Under the pieces are notes generated by a model, which saw only the letters and a list, made by a program, of their open reading frames with translations, did not search any database and was not told the origin of the DNA. The translations under genes and the position numbers were made by a program. Positions 32,896-42,089 of a stretch of 42,089 nucleotides of DNA are shown here, piece after piece. Source of the DNA: Octopus bimaculoides (lineage: Eukaryota); assembly GCF_001194135.2 (NCBI RefSeq), contig NC_068982.1, positions 73,717,803 through 73,759,891 on the forward strand. The letters are read 5' to 3'. Each line of letters begins with the position of its first letter. The first letter of the stretch is position 1.

Positions 32896-34070
32896 TAGGT
32901 CATCAAGTATGAAATTTGTAGAAAAGAAAGAAAGTTTGCNNNNNNNNNNNNNNNNNNNNNNNNNNNNNNNNNNNNNNNNNNNNNNNNNNNNNNNNNNNNN
33001 NNNNNNNNNNNNNNNNNNNNNNNNNNNNNNNNNNNNNNNNNNNNNNNNNNNNNNNNNNNNNNNNNNNNNNNNNNNNNNNNNNNNNNNNNNNNNNNNNNNN
33101 NNNNNNNNNNNGGAAGAAGTGGTAGTCAGTGGAGGCAAGATCAGGTGAGTATGGTGGATGATGTAGAACTTCCAACTCCAACTCCTGTAGTTTCACCAAT
33201 GTCATTTTTACAATGTGTGGTCTGGCGTTGTCTTGCAATAAAATAGGAGTGGATCTCTTGACTAATCTAGGCTCCTTTTTTTTTTTTTTTTTTGTAAGTT
33301 CCTGCATCATTTGGTCCAGTTGGCTGCAGTATACTTCGGCCATGATTGATGAGCCAGATTTAATGAAATCATAATAGATCACATCTGCACCAGACCACCA
33401 AACACACACCATCAGCTTCTTTTGATGAATTTTGCTTTTTGGACTCTGTTTTGGTGACTCGTCTTTGTCTAACCATTGGTACTGAACGTTTACGGTTGTT
33501 GTATTGAATCCATTTCTCATCTCATTACAATTCGATTCAAAAATGATTCATTTTGTGACTAGAAAGTAGCATAATGCAGGCTTCCAAATGTTGCTGTTTT
33601 TGATTTTCATTGAGTTCATGTGGAACGCACTTATCCAACTTTTTCACTTTACCGATTTGAACCAGGTGAGTCAATATTGTTTGCTTGCTAACACCAAACA
33701 ACAACGATAATTCACAGGCACTTTGAGATGGATCTGACTTTCAGATCTGGCTTTCAGTTCTTCAATATCCTCTTTTGTTTCTGGTCGACTGTGTTGCTCA
33801 TTTGTGAGGTCAAAGTTACCAGAACGAAATTTTGCAAACCAATTTGATACTGTCTGCTGTGTAATAACATTAGAATGAAATACTCCATTAATATTCCGCG
33901 CTGTCTGTGATGCTGTATTTCCAAGAAAGAACTCATGTTTCAAAACTGTACGAATTTCCGACTTATCCATCTCTAAACTAAAATAGCAAAAAAAACGATT
34001 TATAAATACTTTATAAAGCGCAAAATGAGTTAGAATAAAGAAATAGATGTGTCAGCTTTCTAACAAAAAA
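32895..34070 (-). mobile_element. Mariner transposon (Hsmar1/cecropia-like), near complete, decayed
   Basis: 3' TIR TA|TTAGGTCATCAAGTATGAAA at 32895, transposase inside. A matching 5' TIR was not found, so the 34070 boundary is approximate. Confidence 0.85.
33112..33970 (-). pseudogene. Mariner DD34D transposase with frameshifts
   Basis: MDKSEIRTVLKHEF..TARNIN..TVSNWFAKFRSGNFDL; CVPHEL (WVPHEL motif); DEKWIQYNN; HQKKLMVCVWW; LLQDNARPH; HPPYSPDLASTDYHFF; runs into a gap. Confidence 0.95.
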
Positions 34071-34179
34071 TAAAGATTGTCAAAATTACAGGGGGATATG
34101 TACTGTGAAGAAAGGACTGCGAATAATGGTTAGGGTGGATCCTAGAGAGTTGGCTAGAGTGACGAGATAGACAGATATG

Positions 34180-34402
34180 TCTGAGTGAGACCGGATGCCT
34201 GTACCAGTTTTCCCAGGTTTGATTATGTCCCCTTTCTCCTGTCTATCAACGACCTCTAATAACACAAACCAATACACAGATGATATTATTCACTCTTTTC
34301 TAAACCTTCTGAAAACGGGCGTTATACTCATGCAACCCAGACGCTTCCCATTAAATCTCTACAAGACCCGAAAAACATTCTTCAATGGAGACATAGAATT
34401 GT

Positions 34403-34462
<60 letters not shown>

Positions 34463-34620
34463 CCCTCTCTCTCTGCATGTGTTACACAAAGACACAGTCA
34501 CTGTTCATCTGAAGAAAACGACATTCGAACTCTCTAGTCTTGGGCAACACACAATTCAAATCCTCGAATTCGCTACAAATGTTACGCCTAACAATATCCT
34601 GATGATCCTCACATATACAT
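34180..34620 (+). pseudogene. CR1/L2/Jockey-like LINE reverse transcriptase fragment
   Basis: Frameshifted FPQG..MSPF..LSINDL, YTDD (34273-34284, the YADD position), LQD..NILQW, then KTQSLFI after an inserted (CT)n tract. Confidence 0.7.
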
Positions 34621-35179
34621 CACTAATGCACCGCTATTTCATAGCAAATATTGCATTTAGATACTAACCTTCCACTTATTTGTCTATTTATCTATTTAAT
34701 CGATTTGAACATCCATGCAAAGGTGACAAGCAACAAACTTAGGGAAGAGTAGTAAAACCCTTAGGTCTGTGTAAATCCGATAAGGTGTGGCAGACTGAGG
34801 AAGGTATATAATAATCCTTATACAAAAGAATAGATTACAACAAAAGCACATAAACTAATTAGAAAAAGGAAAAAGTATTACAAATAAAGAGCAGTTATAT
34901 GTTAAATCTTTTTTATGATTGGTACTTCCTTGAAAATAAATTGGACCGTCAACTTTTATAGAGAAAGAAGTTGAGAGAAAAAAATAGGACCTGGGTGAAC
35001 CAGTAGTTGTAGCATATTGGCGAATCTTCACGTACCAATTAGATGGGGTTTTCTGAGGAGGTCTAGGGTTTCGTGTATAACAGCATATATGTCTCATCGG
35101 AGTTGAGATTTTACTTTAGTTTATTCTGCAGACGATCAACAACTGGTCTGGACCGGAGTATTTTTTTTCTTTTTTTTTT

Positions 35180-35450
35180 AGATGCAATGGCTTAATTATT
35201 GATGTTTGGTGACTATGAGAATATCTAGCGTCTCAACGGTCGCTCCGTCTTCAAGAAATAGCAACCAAATCTTCCTCAAATGATACCCTGTTGTTTTTAA
35301 AAAGAAGACATTCTAGATAAAGTAGCAGCCTTAGCCGTAGAAAAAAAAAGAGATAATCATAGGTGAATGGTCTTTGATCATAAATCTACTCGAGCCGGGT
35401 TGACCTGGTGTTAAACAGCAGCTGCGACAACAGCGGCAACAGCAGCAGAA
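35180..35450 (+). mobile_element. SINE-like family E, degenerate longer copy
   Basis: AAATAGCAACCAAATCTTCCTCAAAT...CTTTGATCATAAATCTACTCGAGCCGGGTTGACCTGGTGTTAAAC followed by an AAC/AGC tail. Confidence 0.65.
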
Positions 35451-35484
35451 CAGAAAGCAAGGGTGAGCATTTTTAAAGTTTATA

Positions 35485-35880
35485 TTTTATCTTTTATTTG
35501 CTTCAGTCATTGGACTACATCCATGCTGGAGCGCCACCTTCAAAGATTTAGTTGTACTAATCGATCCCAGTACTGGTTTATGAATATGGTATTTATTCTA
35601 TGGGTCCCTTTAGCCAAACCGCTAAGTTACAGGAACATAAACAATCAAACACTGGTTGTCAAGCAGTAGTGGGGAACAAAAACAAATATCGAGCCCCCCC
35701 CCCCCCATATACATATGATGGGCTTCCACGCAGGCTTCATCTATCAAATTTACTCACAAGGTATTGGTCAGTCCGGAGCTAGAGTAGAAGACATTTGCCC
35801 AGGTAGGCACGCGGGGGAACCGAACCCAAGACAAGTGGTTGCAAAGGAGTTTCATAACTACACAGCTATGCCTGCACCTA
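35485..35880 (-). mobile_element. SINE family A variant, full length, diverged
   Basis: Tail TTCAGTCATTGGACT..CCATGCTGGAG, body ACACTGGTTGTCAAGC, head GAAGACATTTGCCCA..GAACCGAACCC..CACAGCTATGCCTGCACC. Confidence 0.85.
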
Positions 35881-36969
35881 GTTTGCGGAAGTTTTTAACA
35901 GTGTGGTGTCATTCATAGATAAGGAATGTGTAGTATTTGAGTGTGTTTTCCTGCTAAGTGTAGCTGTTATCAAGGTGCTGTTGAACTCAATAAAGAGATA
36001 GAAAAGAGATGACACAACGCACCGTCCTATTATTGGCGTAGCGTGTTTGATAACAGATAGTTTGTTAATCAATCTGATTGCTTTGTGGGTTGGGGTGTGG
36101 GATGAAATGAGGTTTAAAATATTTGAATGCATAGCAGTTACGCTGTCCCAGATATGCTAGAAATACTCTAATCTGGATTAAACTTGTGCATTAGTGTGTG
36201 TGTGTGTGGCGGGGTCAGAAACTATTTAACATCGATGCTTTTTTTTTCTGATCCTAAAACAATGATTCCTNNNNNNNNNNNNNNNNNNNNNNNNNNNNNN
36301 NNNNNNNNNNNNNNNNNNNNNNNNNNNNNNNNNNNNNNNNNNNNNNNNNNNNNNNNNNNNNNNNNNNNNNNNNNNNNNNNNNNNNNNNNNNNNNNNNNNN
36401 NNNNNNNNNNNNNNNNNNNNNNNNNNNNNNNNNNNNNNNNNNNNNNNNNNNNNNNNNNNNNNNNNNNNNNNNNNNNNNNNNNNNNNNNNNNNNNNNNNNN
36501 NNNNNNNNNNNNNNNNNNNNNNNNNNNNNNNNNNNNNNNNNNNNNNNNNNNNNNNNNNNNNNNNNNNNNNNNNNNNNNNNNNNNNNNNNNNNNNNNNNNN
36601 NNNNNNNNNNNNNNNNNNNNNNNNNNNNNNNNNNNNNNNNNNNNNNNNNNNNNNNNNNNNNNNNNNNNNNNNNNNNNNNNNNNNNNNNNNNNNNNNNNNN
36701 NNNNNNNNNNNNNNNNNNNNNNNNNNNNNNNNNNNNNNNNNNNNNNNNNNNNNNNNNNNNNNNNNNNNNNNNNNNNNNNNNNNNNNNNNNNNNNNNNNNN
36801 NNNNNNNNNNNNNNNNNNNNNNNNNNNNNNNNNNNNNNNNNNNNNNNNNNNNNNNNNNNNNNNNNNNNNNNNNNNNNNNNNNNNNNNNNNNNNNNNNNNN
36901 NNNNNNNNNNNNNNNNNNNNNNNNNNNNNNNNNNNNNNNNNNNNNNNNNNNNNNNNNNNNNNNNNNNNT

Positions 36970-36995
36970 AGACGGAAACTGAAAGAAGTCCGTCG

Positions 36996-37028
<33 letters not shown>

Positions 37029-37240
37029 ATGTATGTCTGTGTTTGTCCCCCCAACATCACTTGACAAACGATGCTGGTGTGTTTACGTCCCCGTAACTTA
37101 GCGGTTCGGCAAAAGAGACCGATAGAATAAGTACTAGGCTTCCAAAGAATAAATCCTGGGGTCGATTTGCTCGACTAAAGACGGTGCTCCAGCATGGCCG
37201 CAGTCAAATGACTGAAACAAGTAAAAGAGTATTAGAAGAG
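36970..37240 (+). mobile_element. SINE family A, low-divergence copy (head in gap)
   Basis: GACGGAAACTGAAAGAAG, (TA)n, GTCCCCGTAACTTAGCGGTTCGGC, GCAGTCAAATGACTGAAACAAGTAAAAGAG. Confidence 0.92.
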
Positions 37241-37242
37241 TT

Positions 37243-37400
37243 TTGTTGTTGTTGTTGTTGTTGTTTAAACCCAAGTTAGCCCTGATCAAGCAGACCTATA
37301 TTCAAAGACAGTCATGATCATATCATTGACTACATAATCCAATGTGTCCTTGTCTTGGGTGTGTGATTTGAAGGAGATTTGGATGTTGTCGCATGTCTGA
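37243..37400 (-). mobile_element. SINE-like family E, 3' fragment with (AAC)n tail
   Basis: (GTT)n then GTTTAAACCCAAGTTAGCCCTGATCAAGCAGACCTAT..GTGTGATTTGAAGGAGATTTGG. Confidence 0.7.
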
Positions 37401-37487
37401 TGTGACGTGTCTAGTAAAATATATGTAGGGCGAATACAGAGATATGATAGGGTGAGAGGATAGAGGAGATGAAGGAGGGAGGAGGGG

Positions 37488-37564
37488 AGAAGAAGAAGAA
37501 GAAGAAGAAGAAGAAGAAGAAGAAGAAGAAGAAGAAGAAGAAGAAGAAGAAGAAGAAGAAGAAG

Positions 37565-37593
<29 letters not shown>
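37488..37593. repeat. (GAA)n microsatellite, about 35 units
   Basis: Direct reading. Confidence 0.97.
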
Positions 37594-37595
<2 letters not shown>

Positions 37596-37599
37596 GTAG

Positions 37600-37725
37600 G
37601 TTTGTCACGTAAAATAAGTACCAGATTTAGAATTAGTACTGTAGTCGATTTTTCCAACTTAACATTTCAAGGTGCTGCTCCAGCATGACCGTAGCCCAAT
37701 AACTGAAATAAATAAAAGAATTAAA
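37600..37725 (+). mobile_element. SINE 3' fragment with B-like body and A-like tail
   Basis: AAAATAAGTACCAG..AGTACTGTAGTCGAT then GCTCCAGCATGACCGTAG..ACTGAAATAAATAAAAGAA. Confidence 0.6.
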
Positions 37726-38289
37726 GGACTAGTCAGGCATTACAACTGTCTGGTAGATGTTTGAATCCTTCGAACGGACCATTGCACACACGATCGAATC
37801 GAAATAGGTTTTGGCCATATTATATATTTCGATAGCTTATCGTGAAGGACAAACAGAAGGAAATAATGTGAATAGTCCACCACATCACGTAGTCAACAAG
37901 TCAAACTACAAGATCGTGTGACCTGCATAGTCGATGTAGATAAGAGATCTAGGCTGAGACTTGGATAGAGATAGCTTGAGGCGTCATTACTGATAAGGAA
38001 GTCTTTACGAAAGATTTATTCATACAAGAACTTATAAATTATAGTGGAGGCTTAGGATTAACTGTGGAAATAAATAAGACTTAGTTATGTACGTTAAGAA
38101 GTTAGCGGTTGAGAACAATAAACTAAATGGGGAAGTGGCTAGGAAGGTATGAAACGTTCTGGCATAGCTCTCCTCGACGGCGCTTATTTGGCGTCGCTGA
38201 TTCGACGCTGACTTATTTGACATTAGATGTTTTAATGTTTCTCCCGTACTTTCCAGTTCTCTCTCCTTGTCTCTGTTCGTCTGTTTGTT

Positions 38290-38510
38290 TCTCTCTCTCC
38301 CACACACACACACTCTCTCTCCTACACACACACACTCTCTCCCACACACACACACTCTCTCCCACACACACACACTCTCTCCCACACACACACACTCTCT
38401 CCTACACACACACACACTCTCTCCCCCCACACACACTCTCCCACACACACACACACTCTCTCCCACACACACACACTCTCTCCCTCACACACACACTCCC
38501 CCCACTCTCT
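38290..38510. repeat. Higher-order minisatellite built from CC(CA)n(CT)n units of about 20-24 bp, about 10 units
   Basis: CCCACACACACACACTCTCT repeated with small length variation. Confidence 0.9.
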
Positions 38511-38975
38511 CTCTGTTTCTCACTCTCCTTCTCTCTCTGTTTATGTTTGTGTCAATCGTGTTCTATTAATATATTGTAATCTCCCTCTCTCCCCCTCTCT
38601 CTCCCTCTCCGCCCAATCCCTCTATCTGTATGTGTATATTTGCTACATCGTCTTCGTCCAAAGATCTGCACTAAAAGAAGCTTTTAGAAATGGCAGCCAT
38701 ATTTTTGCATTTTTGTATTTGAGGATTAAAAAAACCTTCTTGTGTTTGATGTTTCGAGTCTTTATGCTCGGCGAAATATGCAACTTAGGTCGATAACATC
38801 GACTATATTCTTCTACAACAAATATGTAACCTTGTTTCAATGAAAGAAATCAAAAGAAATCAATATGTAGGCAGGTATTTCTCATAGTGTTTATCGCTTT
38901 TTATTGGGTGTGCGAACGGATATACAGGTTTGAAAAAAAAACCAACACCAGTGTATTTCATCCTTAATTTCTTAC

Positions 38976-39003
38976 CTAAGATTCTTTCTTCTTCTCACAA
39001 AGA
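38976..39003 (-). other. Candidate 28-nt micro-exon (unverified)
   Basis: Minus strand GTGTTTTTCTGTGCAG | TCTTTGTGAGAAGAAGAAAGAATCTTAG | GTAAGA. The stop-free frame reads FVRRRKNL. Confidence 0.3.
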
Positions 39004-39077
39004 CTGCACAGAAAAACACACCTTGATTATATATATACATATATGTATACACACACACACACACACACACATACACA

Positions 39078-39129
<52 letters not shown>

Positions 39130-39836
39130 NNNNNNNNNNNNNNNNNNNNNNNNNNNNNNNNNNNNNNNNNNNNNNNNNNNNNNNNNNNNNNNNNNNNNNN
39201 NNNNNNNNNNNNNNNNNNNNNNNNNNNNNNNNNNNNNNNNNNNNNNNNNNNNNNNNNNNNNNNNNNNNNNNNNNNNNNNNNNNNNNNNNNNNNNNNNNNN
39301 NNNNNNNNNNNNNNNNNNNNNNNNNNNNNNNNNNNNNNNNNNNNNNNNNNNNNNNNNNNNNNNNNNNNNNNNNNNNNNNNNNNNNNNNNNNNNNNNNNNN
39401 NNNNNNNNNNNNNNNNNNNNNNNNNNNNNNNNNNNNNNNNNNNNNNNNNNNNNNNNNNNNNNNNNNNNNNNNNNNNNNNNNNNNNNNNNNNNNNNNNNNN
39501 NNNNNNNNNNNNNNNNNNNNNNNNNNNNNNNNNNNNNNNNNNNNNNNNNNNNNNNNNNNNNNNNNNNNNNNNNNNNNNNNNNNNNNNNNNNNNNNNNNNN
39601 NNNNNNNNNNNNNNNNNNNNNNNNNNNNNNNNNNNNNNNNNNNNNNNNNNNNNNNNNNNNNNNNNNNNNNNNNNNNNNNNNNNNNNNNNNNNNNNNNNNN
39701 NNNNNNNNNNNNNNNNNNNNNNNNNNNNNNNNNNNNNNNNNNNNNNNNNNNNNNNNNNNNNNNNNNNNNNNNNNNNNNNNNNNNNNNNNNNNNNNNNNNN
39801 NNNNNNNNNNNNNNNNNNNNNNNNNNNNNNNNNNNN

Positions 39837-40076
39837 AATTAGAGAAGTGGGGTCTGAAAATCTTGAGGGTATTATGGTGCAAGTTTTGGAAAGAGCACGG
39901 GCGTGCGGAGCTGAAAACGGCTGCCATTTAAGCGATGCCATTTTCCATTTGTGACGTAGTGGTGTTGGAAGATTTGACTTTTGCATATTAATTTCCATTA
40001 CATATGTCATGCATTTATTTGTAAAGTTAAGGAAGTTATTAAAAATTGAAACCTATCAGTCACTTTTGAGACACCC

Positions 40077-40078
<2 letters not shown>
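39837..40078 (+). mobile_element. Tc1/mariner-superfamily (maT/Tc3-like) 3' end
   Basis: IREV..ENLEGIMVQVLERARACGAENGCHLSDAIFHL* (stop 39952-39954); terminal CACTTTTGAGACACCCTG + TA (reverse complement TA|CAGGGTGTC). Confidence 0.8.
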
Positions 40079-40112
<34 letters not shown>

Positions 40113-40480
40113 TGTGTGTGTGTGTGTCAGTGGTGACAGTGACTTGGAAGTTTTGGCCTGCTAGCCTTCGTTGATTGTGTATATATTATTACGTGTGTGT
40201 TTACATTATATTATTTCTTAATGATTATAATTACTTACCCACTTGATACATGTATTGGATTTTTTATACACTTTACGTAATTACTTCGTATCTGTTGACC
40301 ACTTAAATTTTAAGCCGATTTTCGATACTAACAATTGTATCTATGAGTTCATTTGTTTTATATATCCAGCTATTTTATACTGTGTTTTTATACTTTTTCC
40401 TTCAGCTACATTTTCACCGAACTTTATTTACTTTGTCTAGCTCAGTATACTCCGACCTACCATATTAATTCAAATGTCCT

Positions 40481-40525
<45 letters not shown>

Positions 40526-41456
40526 NNNNNNNNNNNNNNNNNNNNNNNNNNNNNNNNNNNNNNNNNNNNNNNNNNNNNNNNNNNNNNNNNNNNNNNNNNN
40601 NNNNNNNNNNNNNNNNNNNNNNNNNNNNNNNNNNNNNNNNNNNNNNNNNNNNNNNNNNNNNNNNNNNNNNNNNNNNNNNNNNNNNNNNNNNNNNNNNNNN
40701 NNNNNNNNNNNNNNNNNNNNNNNNNNNNNNNNNNNNNNNNNNNNNNNNNNNNNNNNNNNNNNNNNNNNNNNNNNNNNNNNNNNNNNNNNNNNNNNNNNNN
40801 NNNNNNNNNNNNNNNNNNNNNNNNNNNNNNNNNNNNNNNNNNNNNNNNNNNNNNNNNNNNNNNNNNNNNNNNNNNNNNNNNNNNNNNNNNNNNNNNNNNN
40901 NNNNNNNNNNNNNNNNNNNNNNNNNNNNNNNNNNNNNNNNNNNNNNNNNNNNNNNNNNNNNNNNNNNNNNNNNNNNNNNNNNNNNNNNNNNNNNNNNNNN
41001 NNNNNNNNNNNNNNNNNNNNNNNNNNNNNNNNNNNNNNNNNNNNNNNNNNNNNNNNNNNNNNNNNNNNNNNNNNNNNNNNNNNNNNNNNNNNNNNNNNNN
41101 NNNNNNNNNNNNNNNNNNNNNNNNNNNNNNNNNNNNNNNNNNNNNNNNNNNNNNNNNNNNNNNNNNNNNNNNNNNNNNNNNNNNNNNNNNNNNNNNNNNN
41201 NNNNNNNNNNNNNNNNNNNNNNNNNNNNNNNNNNNNNNNNNNNNNNNNNNNNNNNNNNNNNNNNNNNNNNNNNNNNNNNNNNNNNNNNNNNNNNNNNNNN
41301 NNNNNNNNNNNNNNNNNNNNNNNNNNNNNNNNNNNNNNNNNNNNNNNNNNNNNNNNNNNNNNNNNNNNNNNNNNNNNNNNNNNNNNNNNNNNNNNNNNNN
41401 NNNNNNNNNNNNNNNNNNNNNNNNNNNNNNNNNNNNNNNNNNNNNNNNNNNNNNNN

Positions 41457-41488
<32 letters not shown>

Positions 41489-41609
41489 ACACAGCCAGAC
41501 AGACATTCAAACAGGTAGATAGATAGATAGATAGATTGATAGATAGGTAGATAGATAGATAGATACATACATACATACATACATACATACATAAACAGAT
41601 AGGTCGATT

Positions 41610-41670
41610 CTCTTATTCACTTATTGGTTTCAGTCAGAGGATTAGGTCATGCAAAGGCACCGCCATTAAA
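41610..41670 (-). mobile_element. SINE family A tail remnant
   Basis: TTTCAGTCAGAGGATTAGGTCATGC..GCACCGCC resembles TTTCAGTCATTTGACTGCGGCCATGCTGGAGCACCGCC. Confidence 0.5.
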
Positions 41671-41939
41671 GAATATGTAATACCTCATGAATCTGCGTGT
41701 CATCCTTGTGAAGAGGTCATGATAATCTCTGTAGCGTTCCAGTTTTAATGTATGCATTTCTGTTGATGCAAATGATAAAAACGATGATAGCGACGACGAC
41801 GAGGCTAACAATTATGATGTTGATGGTGATTGCGTTGCTGCTGCTGCTTCTGTTGCTACTGTTTGTAATAATGAAAATGACTCCGATAAAAGATATTTTT
41901 ATATTATGTAAATAAAATACAAACCCTAACGCATCTACA

Positions 41940-42048
41940 TGATATGATATATGATATGAAATGAGATGATATGATATGCATGTATGTATGTATGTATGTA
42001 TGTATGTATGTATGTATGTATGTATGTATGTATGTATGTATGTATATC

Positions 42049-42089
<41 letters not shown>
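41940..42089. repeat. (ATATG)n, (TATG)n and (TCTA)n microsatellites
   Basis: Direct reading. Confidence 0.95.

Noticed and set aside
34070-34110. 5' TIR of the 32895 mariner
   Set aside because: Expected TTTCATACTTGATGACCTAA is not present.
1-42089. Long ORFs in the supplied track (poly-H/T, poly-V/C, poly-L, poly-D/M, X-filled)
   Set aside because: They are translations of microsatellites or N gaps, which lack stops by composition.

Overview
Eukaryotic, AT-rich, repeat-saturated non-coding DNA (intronic or intergenic) from a gappy draft assembly: 17 N-runs, about 6.8 kb in total, mostly flanked by microsatellites. The SINE families and microsatellite density look like an octopus/cephalopod genome (inference from recognising the repeats, no search run). 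No intact host gene can be supported, and nearly all ORFs in the supplied track are translations of simple repeats or N-runs. The recognisable content is decayed transposons: a full-length hAT Charlie/Buster relic (8972-12161), a non-autonomous hAT with a SINE nested in it (16367-17153), a Helitron with helicase remnant and a head-to-tail junction (4060-5531), a near-complete Hsmar1-like mariner (32895-34070), a mariner MITE, a maT-like end, a Penelope-like RT + GIY-YIG element (23560-24990), R4/Dong-like and CR1/L2-like LINE fragments, and many copies of about five tRNA-derived SINE families. The most notable signal is an apparently intact type-I hammerhead ribozyme on the minus strand (21814-21888). 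It sits inside an inverted repeat that could sequester its helix I. Several fold-back elements elsewhere carry degenerate hammerhead-like cores.
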